The translations under genes and the position numbers were made by a program. From NCBI RefSeq assembly GCF_030684315.1, contig NC_081369.1, positions 9,896,035 to 9,960,034 on the forward strand: 64,000 nt of DNA, written 5' to 3'. The DNA comes from Stegostoma tigrinum (Eukaryota). The first letter of the stretch is position 1. Each line of letters begins with the position of its first letter. Below are positions 13,691 to 26,182 of the stretch, piece by piece. The notes beneath the pieces are model-generated. The model made no database searches, had not been told where the DNA came from, and saw nothing but the letters and a program-made list of their open reading frames with translations.

Positions 13691-14522
13691 CCCAGCCTAA
13701 ACGTTCCTGCTGAGGAACAGATGTTCGTGCAGATCCGCTAATGGCGTTACCATTAGTATTCGTCTAGAAATTCAAATAATTGAATTCAACAAGCTGCCAC
13801 TTGCAACAAGCTGAAGGTCTACAAAACTTGGTCTTACTTTCAGTAAAGTTCCCTTGCTCCGTGAACGCTGTACAAGCTTGATTCTTCTCGCCGTTCCATC
13901 TTCAGGTGTCACCAAACGCAATGTTGTGATTATTTGTTGTGTTTTAAGTGGACTAATAGTTCGAAAAGAAAACAATTTGGAAATAGGCATAACTGTCCTC
14001 ATCAGCTCTGAAACAGAAAAAAAAGGAAGATGAATGTAATTATCAATAAAATGATTCCTTCTGGAAAGTTGAGTTATCGGAGGATATTAAAGATAATGGT
14101 GGCATGTATCTCAGAGGTCCCAGGATGAATAGTTTCTTACGTGAAGAGAAGCCTTTTCGATAAATGAGCTGGAGTGCTGCGGTCTGAAACGATAATTTCA
14201 GCATTGAGCTCACAATAAAAGGTAAATTTTGACAGAAGAGGTTTTTCGAACGCCCTGTCCCTGAGGTGATTGAAAGTACATATAAACACTGTCGATCTTC
14301 AAATGGAAACGTTTCAGCAGGAAGTTTGGAGGGTCCCTCCGATCGAACAAACACCCACTAAGAAGTAGAACTATATCCAATACGCCGCAACAGTCATGTG
14401 ATCCCTTATGTCATAGTCTCACGTTTAATTTATTCATCCATGAAACTCATTTGAAGCAAGCCACCCAAGCCACTTAGAATTCTGCCCTCGTTCACAGCAA
14501 GGAACGCACATATTTTTGCAAG

Positions 14523-14577
14523 ATGTCATTGAGAGCAGTGGTTCTGTTCATGGCTCTTCTGGTAATGACATGGCCAG
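14523..14577 (+). CDS. IgSF VJ-C1 receptor gene, exon 1 (signal peptide MSLRAVVLFMALLVMTWP)
   Basis: ATG plus a hydrophobic 18-codon stretch ending CAG|gtact. Phase 1, which splices in frame to the V exon. Confidence 0.75.
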
Positions 14578-14772
14578 GTACTCTTAAATATTACGAAGTG
14601 CCCTCTTGGTGTAATTTAGACTGTGTTTCATATTCACAGCTACTGTGCGTTGCAATGTTAGATCCTGTGCTTCCCTAATCCGATGCGAGTAATTTTTCTC
14701 AAACGTTTCTTCTATTTTACTCCTCCTTTGTTTTATTTACTTTGTAGTCTGCAGCTATTATTACAATTCTTG

Positions 14773-14835
14773 GACGGAACCCCGCCCACGGCCGACGGAA
14801 CCCCGCCCACGGCCGACGGAACCCCGCCCACGGCC
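14773..14835 (+). repeat. Three perfect 21-bp tandem repeats (gacggaaccccgcccacggcc; DGTPPTA) at the 5' end of the Penelope insert
   Basis: Directly visible in the sequence. Confidence 0.95.
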
Positions 14836-17437
14836 GACGACATCATCGCTCCGCCCACAACCTCCACAGCCTGCAACCCCAGAGAAGACAGCCACACTGA
14901 GCCCTGCCGAATCTTCACCATCCCCCCAGACCTCCCACTGACTGAGGACGAACGGTCAGTCCTTAGTAAGGGGCTCACCTTTGTCCCCCTACAACCACAC
15001 ATCAACGAATACCAGTCACGGTCGGACATAGAGCAGTTTTTCCGCCGTCTTCGCCTGCATGCCTACTTCTTCAACCGGGAACCCAACCCTCCTTCCACTG
15101 ACCCCTTCACCCGCTTCCAACACAAGTCCTCCTCCTGGACACCACCTCCAGGCCTCCTACCCTCCCTCGACCTCTTCATCTCCAACTGCCGTCGAGACAT
15201 CAACCGCCTCAACCTCTCCACCCCTCTCACCCACTCCAACCTCTCCCCCGCAGAACGGGCAGCCCTCCGCTCCCTCCGCTCCAACCCCAACCTCACCATC
15301 AAACCCGCAGACAAGGGTGGCGCAGTGGTAGTATGGCGTACTGACCTCTACATCGCCGAGGCCAGACGCCAACTCTCCGACACCACCTCCTACCGCCTCC
15401 TCGATCATGACCCCACACCCGAGCACCAAACCATCATCTCCAACACCATTCATGACCTCATCACCTCAGGGGACCTCCCACCCACAGCCTCCAACCTCAT
15501 TGTTCCCCAACCCCGCACGGCCCGTTTCTATCTCCTTCCCAAAATCCACAAACCTGCCTGCCCCGGTCGACCCATCGTCTCAGCCTGCTCCTGCCCCACC
15601 GAACTCATCTCCACCTATCTGGACTCCATTTTCTCCCCTTTGGTCCAGGAACTCCCCACCTATGTCCGTGACACCACCCACGCCCTCCACCTCCTCCAGG
15701 ACTTCCAATTCCCTGGCCCCCAACACCTCATATTCACCATGGACGTCCAGTCCCTGTACACCTGCATTCCGCATGGAGATGGCCTCAAGGCCCTCCACTT
15801 CTTCCTGTCCCGCAGGCCCGACCAGGCCCCCTCCACCGACACTCTCATCCGCCTAGCGGAACTCGTCCTCACACTCAACAACTTCTCTTTTGACTACTCC
15901 CACTTCCTACAGACTAAGTGGGTGGCCATGGGCACCCGCATGGGCCCCAGCTATGCCTGCCTCTTTGTAGGTTACGTGGAACAGTCCATCTTCCGCACCT
16001 ACACAGGCCCCAAACCCCACCTCTTCCTCCGGTACATTGATGACTGTATCGGCGCCGCCTCTTGCTCCCCAGAGGAGCTCGAACAGTTCATCCACTTCAC
16101 CAACACCTTCCACCCCAACCTTCAGTTCACCTGGGCCATCTCCAGCACATCCCTCACCTTCCTGGACCTCTCAGTCTCCATCTCAGGCAACCAGCTTGTA
16201 ACTGATGTCCATTTCAAGCCCACCGACTCCCACAGCTACCTAGAATACACCTCCTCCCACCCACCCTCCTGCAAAAATTCCATCCCTTATTCCCAATTCC
16301 TCCGCCTCCGCCGCATCTGCTCCCACGATAAGACATTCCACTCCCGCACATCCCAGATGTCCAAGTTCTTTAAGGACCGCAACTTTCCCCCCACGGTGAT
16401 TGAGAACCCCCTTGACCGCGTCTCCCGCATCTCCCGCGACACATCCCTCACACCCCGCCCCCGCCACAACCGCCCCAAGAGGATCCCCCTCGTTCTCACA
16501 CACCACCCTACCAACCTCCGGATACAACGCATTATCCTCCGACACTTCCGCCATTTACAATCCGACCCCACCACCCAAGACATTTTTCCATCCCCTCCCC
16601 TGTCTGCTTTCCGGAGAGACCACTCTCTCCGTGACTCCCTTGTTCGCTCCACACTGCCCTCCAACCCCACCATACCCGGCACCTTCCCCTGCAACCGCAG
16701 GAAATGCTACACTTGTCCCCACACCTCCTCCCTCACCCCCATCCCAGGCCCCAAGATGGCATTCCACATTAAGCAGAGGTTCACCTGCACATCTGCCAAT
16801 GTGGTATACTGCATCCACTGTACCCGGTGCGGCTTCCTCTACATTGGGGAAACCAAGCGGAGGCTTGGGGACCGCTTTGCAGAACACCTCCGCTCAGTTC
16901 GGAACAAACAACTGCACCTCCCAGTCGCAAACCATTTCCACTCCCCCTCCCATTCTCTTGATGACATGTCCATCATGGGCCTCCTGCACTGCCACAATGA
17001 TACCACCCGAAGGTTGCAGGAACAGCAACTCATATTCCGCCTGGGAACCCTGCAGCCATATGGTATCAATGTGGACTTCACCAGTTTCAAAATCTCCCCT
17101 TCCCCCACTGCATCCCTAAACCAGCCCAGTTCATCCCCTCCCCCCACTGCACCACACAACCAGCCCAGCTCTTCCCCCCCCACCCACTGCATCCCAAAAC
17201 CAGTCCAACCTGTCTCTGCCTCCCTAACCGGTTCTTCCTCTCACCCATCCCTTCCTCCCACCCCAAGCCGCACCCCCAGCATCCCACCTCCTTGACCTGT
17301 CCGTCTTCCCTGGACTGACCTATCCCCTCCCTACCTCCCCACCTACACCCTCTCCACCTATCTTCTTTACTCTCCATCTTCGGTCCGCCTCCCCCTCTCT
17401 CCCTATTTATTCCAGTTCCCTCCCCCCATCCCCCTCT

Positions 17438-17465
17438 CTGATGAAAGGTCTAGGCCCGAAACGTC
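17438..17465 (+). ncRNA. Minimal hammerhead-ribozyme motif in the Penelope 3' terminus
   Basis: CTGATGA-aaggtc ta ggccc-GAAAC-GTC: conserved CUGANGA/GAAA core, stem II hairpin, palindromic minimal stem III and GUC cleavage triplet. Confidence 0.75.
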
Positions 17466-17597
17466 AGCTTTTGTGCTCCTGAGATGCTGCTTGGCCTGCT
17501 GTGTTCATCCAGCCTCACATTTTATTATCTTGGAATCTCCAGCATCTGCAGTTCCCATTATCTCTATTACAATTCTTACTTGTTTTATTTTTAATAG

Positions 17598-17903
17598 TCA
17601 CGGAAGTAACTTCGAGCAAAGTAGAACAGTTTCCCAAACTCTTGAAGTCGGACAAAGGTGACAACGTTTCCATGTTCTGCACATTTCCCATATCTGAAAC
17701 GGTTCCTGAAGTATTTTGGTGGAGACGCAATGAGGAATCTTTTCTGGAACCCGACAACAGAAAGCGATTTCATGTCCAGAAAGGAAGTGGAGCACTTCAT
17801 GTCATCAATGTCACTATTGCAGACTCCGGAATGTATTATTGCAAAATAAAACATCAGCAAACTCTCATTGGAGCTGGCAGTGGCACAATGCTGACAGTGT
17901 GCG
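17598..17903 (+). CDS. IgSF VJ-C1 receptor gene, exon 2: germline-joined V-set (VJ-type) domain
   Basis: ttttaatag acceptor and g|gtaagt donor, phase 1/1. VEQFPK..NVSMFCTF..VFWWR..LHVINVTIADSGMYYC..GAGSGTMLTV shows the canonical C, W, DxGxYYC and a J-like GxGT. Confidence 0.93.
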
Positions 17904-18219
17904 GTAAGTGACACTTGCAGGGGCAGACAACTCTTCAGCTGCTTCGTGTAATTTATGTGACCTGAGGTTTTATAATTCGATGAAAATCCAATGATAGCGT
18001 ATTTACTTCACACCGTCAGGGGCAACTCTTTCCCGTTGACTTCGCCTTTGATTCGCTTTCGCCCGTTTTGCGCCTTTTCTTACGATCAATTCCACCGCTC
18101 ATTGCGATCATGACCTTGCACAGCGCCGTTAATGCAATGAGTGCAGAAACGGTTGATATTGAAAGTGAAACAGGACAACAGTTCAAATCTTGGGGTGAAA
18201 TTAATTGATGAAATACCAT

Positions 18220-18375
18220 AAAACAAAGAACTGCGAATGCTGGAAATCTGAAAGAAAAAAAAAGAAATTTCTGGAGAAACTCAGAATGTCTGGCCGCAAC
18301 GTTTCGAGTCCAATGATTCTTCTTCAGAAGGGTTCTGAAGAAAGATCACTGGTGTTCGAAATAATCAGCTGCCTT
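18220..18375. mobile_element. Older palindromic Penelope-terminus element
   Basis: …aacgtttcgagtccaatgattcttcttcagaa ggg ttctgaagaaagatcactggtgttcgaaa… inverted pair of hammerhead-like cores. Confidence 0.6.
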
Positions 18376-18394
18376 TTCGCTTCACGGGCAGCCT

Positions 18395-18660
18395 CAAAAT
18401 AAGGGAGAGCAGATTTCGGAAAGTGTCGAGGAAGGATTTCTTCATTCGAGGAGTTGTGAATCTGTGGAATTCCCTACCCAATGAAGCAGTTAAGGCGTCA
18501 CCGTTAAATGTCATTAAGGCATAGATCGATTTTTGAACAAAGGAATTAAGGATTATGGTGAGTGAGCGGTGTGGAACTCAGTCCGCGAAAAGACCAGCCA
18601 TGATATTATTGAATGGCGGAGGTGCCTCAACGGGCTAAATACTCCTATTTTTTACATTCT
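18395..18660 (+). mobile_element. CR1 3'-end fragment
   Basis: aggatttcttc..gagttgtgaatctgtggaattccctacc..ggaattaagg.ttatgg..ccatgatattattgaatggcggag, typical of a CR1 ORF2 end and 3'UTR. Confidence 0.7.
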
Positions 18661-20481
18661 TACGTTAATACGTTCCAATGCTGCCCAACCTGCAGAGTTT
18701 CTCCAGCAATTTCTGTTTTTTTTGTCATGTAGGAAAATTCTCGGTTTATCTCGAACCGAAGTAATGGTGCTAAAATGCGAGAATGGAAATAATATTGATA
18801 CAAAATCAACGTGCTATGGATAGTGGATGTTTGAAATATGAGTACAAATGACTTGGAACGTGTCTGAACATCGACAGAGGTTGTCCGAGGATAAGAATTC
18901 GAATACGCGTAGGCCTTTCATTCCTCAACTCTACACAGCCACTCAATAAAATTTTGGCTGATCTGATGGTGGTCAAACGGCGTTTGCCTATCAACCGCGA
19001 TACCCTTGGACGTCCTGCTTAATCAAAAACACAATTAACATTTCTGGTCACAATCTTTCTTGAGAACAATTTTAATGTCTCCTGCATAATTTTGAGAACA
19101 TATTATAAGGCATTCCGAATAAGCATCTCCAACATGCATTCACTTTCAATTCAGGCGAATGCTATAAGACCACAGCCATTAATATTCACCCAACACAGGG
19201 TAATTTTTCAACTTGTAAATTTCCGATCGAACCATCCTGGACCAAATTGTTCAAACTTTGAGATGCATATGAAGGGAATTTAGTCCTGGGGATCAAGGGA
19301 AGAGAATAAAACTGGACAAACTGAGTTGCGATACAGTTCAACCATAATCTAACTGAATGGCAGAGTCAGTCGTGGTGGTGTGGATTTGATGGGCCAATTG
19401 TTCTATTTCAATACTCCGGGAATTTAATGTTTCCATTAGTTAGAGAAATTCAAGCGCAGAAACGTCCAGCGTCTTGGCTGCGTATTTTCCAACACTAACA
19501 TGCTCGAAAGGCTTTTTTTTGTTTTAAACAAATGTATATCATGTTCCAGTGAAGGGGTCAGCGTTGATCTTGCTCTAAACGTTGTATTCTGTCCCCAGTG
19601 TTGAAACTTACAGGACAGTGAATTTACCCATTTCCTCCGCCGTTCGCCAACCGGACTTTCTGTGATACACGCACAACAGGGTTAGTTAATGAAGGACAAC
19701 ACGAAACCTATCTAAAAAAAAACCCTCTGTGCTCCTGTGTTCGTCGTGTATTATTTTATTGCAACGGGACTCATGACATGAACAAAGAAAATAGCTTTTC
19801 TTCCTCGCCACTCGCATAAATTTGAAAATAAACATAACATCTTACTCAAAGTCAAACACTACAAACGTGCAGAGAAGACATGTTCAGTATCTTGGTTATA
19901 ATAAACAACAGAACGATACAAACTCCGTATTATATACGTCCAGCCATGCTTTGATTGCAGATCGAGAAGGGTACATGTTCACGTTATGACTCATTAATGT
20001 AGAATCGACATTTCGGGGGGTGGGGTGTGAGGAGTTTAGGTGAAGGCGGAAATACGAATGGGTTGTTGTATCAAACTTAAAATGTCGAACAGCCTTTCTA
20101 TCGGAATTGCGTAGTTCGGCTCCTACTTATCCATGCTTCCCTGGAGGCAGAATCTCCTCCAGGGAAAATAAAAAATTCAATAAACCGAATGCAGTTTCAG
20201 AAGGGAAAATCACTTGCAATAATCTTAGGCTGTGCACCTTATCAAAGATTTTCCACCTGGGATCATCCTCATTGTGCATTGTTTGAAAAGCATCCTGACA
20301 TTTTGTCGTGTATTTTCAAAAATAAATGCAAAGACCAAGGTTAAAATACGATAATAAGAAACACTATGCCACATTAGGAATAACATAGGGTGGGGTGAGG
20401 GTATGGACGGAGTGGAGAGGCGTGCACAAAAGAGAATGTTGGTTAATTTTTAAAAGCAAAAGGTTTTATTTTCTGTTCCAG

Positions 20482-20778
20482 CTCCCCCAACCAAGCTGAA
20501 AATCATTCCCGTTGAAGGAATTTCAGGGAATTACCCGAAATTCGAATGCAAGATGACTGCCTTTTATCCGGAGGATTTAGGAATCTCCTGGCTAAGAGAT
20601 GGTGTCAAAATTCAGGCTGGAATAGAAACTGTGAAAAACAAGACCGTGGATGGGCTTTATGAGGTTACTAGTTCGTTGAAAGAAACACATCCTGTGCAGA
20701 GCGGTGTAGTTTATACCTGCCTGGTACCTCATGAATGTCTTACGGCGCCCGCCGGTGTCAGCTATACCTTTAATCGAG
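20482..20778 (+). CDS. IgSF VJ-C1 receptor gene, exon 3: C1-set domain
   Basis: ttctgttccag acceptor and g|gtaaga donor. APPTKLKII..FECKMTAFYPEDLGISWLRDG..DGLYEVTSSL..YTCLVPHECL shows the C1 hallmarks CxxxxFYP, W and YxCxVxH. Confidence 0.93.
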
Positions 20779-23439
20779 GTAAGATTGAAAATATTCTGAA
20801 TCGGGAGTTGGGGTGTGCATTGGATTAGCTTTAATTCGATGATATCGTATAAGTGTGACCAGTGTTCATTCTCAATGCCACAGAAATGGAAGCAAAGCAA
20901 AGCATTTTCAGATAGTTTGCAGGTGCAGGAGAGTGACTAGATCCCTGAAATGACAGGAAGCGGCGGTTGCCGTGAAAACTGCTCAAAAGTTGAAAACGCG
21001 ACAGTTTTTAATTGCTAAATTAAATGAAAGTTCAGCTAAAATAGATCCGTTCCTCTTGAGTAACTTGTGCAAGCTGTACATGTCTATATGCTTATCCTGT
21101 TCAGCTGATCTCCGCCAACAGCATCTTCAGTTGCCAATACCCCAAATTTGGACAATTACGCCTCTCTGTCTCCCGTTGTGCATTTCCTTTTTTTAAAGAA
21201 GCTTCTTTATCCTTACTTCTCTCTGTCCTAAGGCTACTTTATGTTTGGCTGACAATGCTGTGTGAAGAGTCTTAAAATTATTTTAATATGGTTAAAAGTG
21301 CTGCATGATTGGAAGTTATTGTTACGAATACGTGCTCAAAGTTGCAGTTGGTGTTGCCTTAGAAGGCTCGAGAAGGGTGTCATGAAGCATACAAAAACCT
21401 GTCAGATCTTGGCAGGGTAAATAAGGAAAAGATACTTGGACTGGCTGATGGTCTAGGATCAGAAAAAGGTTTCAAAATAAGAGGCAGGTCTTTTAGAACT
21501 GAGGTGAAGAGGAATTTCTTCAAGCAGAAACTTGAGAATTTTCCACCACTTTGCCGTGACCCGCCCTCCCCACCCAAGACCCCACTCTCGCACAATGCCG
21601 GAAAAGTTGGTGGAGATGGTGAATATTTGAGGTGACGAATTAGGTCCAAAGGAAGTGTGCTTCTTCGGCCCAGGTGAATGAAGCGTTTTGACAGATCTTA
21701 AATATGTATCCTTACGGTAATTAATGAGTATCCCACCAAATTCCTGAATTATGTCTTGTAGATAGTAGATACGTTTTGAGGAATTAGGACCCTGCAGAAT
21801 CCTAACCTCTGACTTGGACAAATATATGGCTGGTCCAGTCAGTTTCTTGGTCAATTTAAACCTCAGCATGTTGAATGTCGGAAGTGCAGCAATGAGATGC
21901 CAATGAATGTTAAAGCAGATAGTTAGATTTCTGTCTTGTTGGAAATGGTCATTTGCTGGCACTTAAGTGATGTAAATGTTATTTGTCACTTACCAGTCGC
22001 AAATGGAGTTATACTTTAATATTCCTGTATTTGGTCAGGAACTATTTCATTTTTCTGAGTAATTGCAAATGGTACTGAAAATTCTACAATCATTAGTGAA
22101 GACGCACACTGCTGACTTTATGTTGGAAGCAAGGCCACAAAGAAACGAGCAAGATGGTCAGTACAGGACTTTGCCCTGTTGTTACGCTGTAACATCCAGT
22201 ACTGAAATAAGTGATATCCAAAAAAACATCCTTTCTTCTAGATTTAACTCCAAACAGTGGTAAATTCTAATCACCTGCTTCGCCAACTCTTCAACAGCAT
22301 ATCCCACACTGCTCCCATTGATTAGATTTTCTCTAGGGCTTCTTGACGCCATGCTCGGTCAAAGGCAACTTCAATGTTAAGTACTGTTAGTTCGATGCTC
22401 GACCAAATGCTATCATGCCGTCAGAAGTTCGCCCACCGTCTGTGGGTCAAAATCCTGGAATTCTGTTCCTAACAGTATTGTCGGGCGACCTACATCACAC
22501 GGACTGCAGCAGTTCAAGAAGACAGCTCGCCACCAACTTCTCAAGGGCAACCGGGGAATGGCAATTAACACTGGACAGTCATCGATACCCACATCCCACA
22601 AGTTAGCAGAAGACCAGCGGAACTCAAATCAACCCTCAGAGAATAGGCACTGTTGTGCAAGTTTCATCTGATAGCACTGTCCATGAAAACTCATCTCTCT
22701 GTAGAAACCAAAGAGTCGCGTCATGGGGCGTTAAGTAGTCATATTTCTCGTGAGTTGTTTTTGTGTAGCCAGGGCTTACCTAGCTCCAGCCCCACACTGT
22801 GTTATCATTTTTCACATAGTTGTGTCCCGCCAGCATGGTAGCCTAACAGAAAAGGCTTGGCCTGCATCGTTCAGGAAAACAAGTCTGCAGCGTTGCAGCA
22901 AGACTATCGTCGGGGTAAAGCCCTATCAATAGCAATCACGGTGCCCACCTGAAACAACTTACATACAGCCTGTTGATATGAAGCGCGCTTTCTGCTCCAG
23001 TGATGAAAATCATAGGCTCGCTAGACTTTTAAAGAAAAAAAATAATTATGACAATAGCAGATTCATATACAATGGAGAAAGCTAGCATGCGACTGGAGTT
23101 CATTGAGAGCGAATATTTGACGTGGACAAGCTTAACTACCAAACTTCTGCTATGAAGTCCCTCCCTCAGATCAAGTTGGAATAGGAGCCAATTGGAATAG
23201 GATCTGATTGATTGCGCTATTGCAAATGTCATTAAAATCGTGAATTCACTTTCGTGACCTTGACAAATGCACAGTCATGAGTGCAGTTTCACTTAATAGC
23301 ATCCAATGCTGTGCTGCAAGCTCATTCACTCCTCATGTTGTTTATACTTCCTTATGCGCTATACTGTTCACTTATTTCCTGAGGATAGAATTGTGAAGGC
23401 TAACTGAAAGTATTACTCAAATTTTAATGGGATGTGGGG

Positions 23440-25610
23440 TTTGTGGCTGCAGAACATGTTGGTTTGTTGAAGTAGCAGACAGTTGGAAGCTCAGGGAACA
23501 TTTTTGCAGCCAAAACATAGGTGTTCTGTAAAACAGCCACCCAGTCTGTGCATCGTTTCCCCAATGTAGACGCAACTACATTATGAGCAGAGAATATAGA
23601 ACATTAGATTGAGTGAATTACAGGTAAATCTCTGGTCCACCAACAAAGTGTATTGGGTACCTTGGATAGTGAGGACAGAGGAAGCAAATGAGCAATGTTG
23701 CACCTTTAGCGATTGCATGGCAGGGGAATGTCAAAATGTGAGGTGGGAGTTTTGAGAATCGAGGAGGGATCAACAAGGGTTTCGAAATATTGACAAACGA
23801 AGGATAGAAGAACATGTGCCTGGTTGTGGCAGCACACTGGAGGTGTCGGAAATGGTGACTCAAAATTCTTTGGCGCAGATGAGATGGAAAATGAGGACAA
23901 GGTGACCCTATCGGTATTGTAGGAGGAAAGAGGGTGAGTAAAGGCAGAAGTGCAGGAGATGGGTCAGACATGGCTGAGGGCCCTCTTTACAATGATAGCA
24001 GGGAATCCTCGGTTGACTGAAAATTATGGACCTTTCTGAGAACTCGGACAGAACATAGCAAAACAGTCGTGATGTAGAATGAGAAACTGAGAGAATGGAA
24101 TGGATTTTTAAAAATATATATATAGGAATTGGGGTGTGAGGATATATAGTGGACATAACTGTGGATGTCAGTGGGCTTGTAGAAAGTATTGGTGGCCAGC
24201 ATATGCTCAGAAATAGAAACAACAATGCCGAGTAAGGGAAAGAAGGAGTCAGAGGTACTTTGGGGAAGATGAAAGAACGTTGAAAATTGTAAGGGAAATT
24301 ACTAATTTTTATTTCAATTTTGGAGGAGAAAGGGAAGCAGCAGAAACGAAATCATTGGAAAATCAGAGACAGAGTTGTTGTGAGGGTGCTGATTGGGATT
24401 GGAACAAGGAATGTTTCATGTACCCTACAAACAGACAGGCATAATGGTGGATTATGCAGGTAGCCACGGCTATCCCTTTGACTGGAAGAAGGTGAAAGGT
24501 GTTAACAGAGAATTTGTTCGAAGTGATGATGAGGTTCACCAAGCAGACGACTTACTGGTACAGGGTAATAGTTCATCCTTTTCTCCAGGAACAAAAAAGT
24601 GTGGAAGCCGAAAACTATCCCTGACGGGGATGAGCATGTAAAGGAATTTCACGTCCAATGTAAAGTGAGAGGTTTGCTGGCCACAAATTGGAAAATCTGA
24701 AACTGATGTGAAGTACCACGTGAATCACAGATGTAAGTAACTCGGGACCTGAGAAGGGTAGAAAACGTTGATTTAAGGTAAGAAGAGATAAGGCCTGTGT
24801 GGTAGGAGCCAGCAGAAACAACAGAGCTGGCAATCCTGTTGGTGGATTGGGGGAAGAAGTAAAAGCAGCCTCTGCAGGATGGAGGACTCTGAGTTTGCAG
24901 GCTATTTAGGAGAGATTACCAGATCCCCAGCTCATTTGTTTCCTCGTTAATCAAGCCTCCAGGCATACATTTCAAGTGAAGCAGCGATTTGCCTACTCTT
25001 CCCTCAATCTAGTCTGTAATATTCACTGCTCAAAATGTGGTCTCCTAGATTCTTCGGTAAACGAATGCAGACTGGGCAACTGCTTTGCAGAAGACCATTA
25101 TTCTGTCCTCAAAAATTACATCATGCATCCAGTTGACTACCGCTTCAACACATCACCAGGTTCCCTGGCCAACAATCCAGAACGCTTCACTGTAAGATTG
25201 AGGAAAAGCAAGTAATTTTCCATTTGGGGAACTTGCAGCTTTCAGGTCTCAATATTAAGCTCAATAACTATAGGTCTTGTGTATCTGCTTGCATGTCCTT
25301 TACCCACCCTCACAGCCCATGATTTGCCAATGACATGAGCTGCTTTCAGCACTGGCAACCCATTTTTGTCTAGTTATTTCTTCGTCTAGTCTTTGTCTGT
25401 TCAAATGTAATTCTCTGTCTTTTGGCTCCATCTGTGACTCACCCCTTTCGGCTTCCCCTCTCTTCAGAACTCCAATTCTCGTCTTCAACAAGTATACATT
25501 TTCACGGCTGCTATCAGTTCTGAAGAAAGGTTACTGGATTCAAAACGTTAACGCAGTTTCTCTTGCATTTCTGCCAGGCTAGCTCTGTTTCTCCAACAAT
25601 TTATGTTTCT
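23440..25610. mobile_element. Old Penelope-like element: - strand body (~23440-24910) abutting an inverted + strand 3' copy (~24930-25610)
   Basis: Minus strand has FYKPTDIHSY and GIY-YIG remnants. Plus strand has KQRF..NLVCNIHCSKCGLL..RLGNCFAE and the terminus ttctgaagaaaggttactggattcaaaacgttaac. Confidence 0.75.
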
Positions 25611-26077
25611 GTAGTATTTGTTCTAGTGTGGATTATGTGGCTGGATTGTGTTTGATAATGGTCCTCGGTACTGCATTGGACACTTTGTCATGTCAATGAT
25701 ATAAATGCAAGGTGCATGTATTAATTGCCAAAAGTTACAGCAATTGTTCTACCTTACGTATGATGAAGGGAAGAATTTGACAGTTTTGCAGCTGGTGCTG
25801 TTGTAACACGACACGATTAATTACGTGTAAGTCTTTTTCCTCTGAACAAACTAACCAAAGTGAAGATTCCGGAGTCTCAGTGGTACTATTCCATCCATAT
25901 ATTGTATTGAAGGCTGGTAGCTGATTAGTCATTTGATGTACATTACAACCCTTGTACACATACCAGCTAATTAAATAAAAGTAATCGGTCCTGAGATACT
26001 CATTTGAAGCTCCACCTCCTATATCTGATCCAAAAATATCTGCCCAGTTTCTTTTTCAAATGTTATTCATCTTGTAG

Positions 26078-26182
26078 GTAGAGACTTCAATTATCTGCTG
26101 ATCTCTAGATGGGCGATTGGCACGCTAGCAATTTTACTATTGATAATAATTTTGACAAAACTCGAGCTCAAGACATCAGCTG
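26078..26182 (+). CDS. IgSF VJ-C1 receptor gene, exon 4: transmembrane exon
   Basis: cttgtag acceptor and g|gtaaga donor, phase 1/1. Reads GRDFNYLLISRWAIGTLAILLLIIILTKLELKTSA. Confidence 0.85.

Larger units (their letters stand above)
14772..17564 (+). mobile_element. Young 5'-truncated Penelope-like retroelement with open RT + GIY-YIG endonuclease ORF (stop at 17295)
   Basis: IKPADKG, LPKIHK, RPIVS, TMDVQSLYT, AMGTRMGP, RYIDD, FLD and NVVYCIHCTRCGFLYIGET (GIY-YIG), with no stops over ~840 codons. 13-bp TSD tattacaattctt at 14759-14771 and 17565-17577. Confidence 0.96.

Noticed and set aside
14683-14771. Hydrophobic N-terminus of the 870-aa ORF, suggesting a membrane-anchored domesticated RT
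   Set aside because: It lies outside the TSD-defined insertion and is T-rich host intron that is in frame by chance. Nearby AG sites do not splice the leader in frame with the RT.
14773-14835. Short direct repeats as a CRISPR-like array
   Set aside because: No spacers; these are coding minisatellite repeats in a eukaryotic retroelement.
17501-17597. ORF N-terminus MFIQPHILL..FLLVLFLI resembling a signal peptide fused to the V domain
   Set aside because: It consists of Penelope terminus plus polypyrimidine tract, and starts at GTG. The real leader is at 14523-14577.
17884-17915. CACAATG heptamer-like motif at the end of the V exon (possible RSS)
   Set aside because: It lies within the J-like coding sequence and has no nonamer at 12 or 23 nt spacing.
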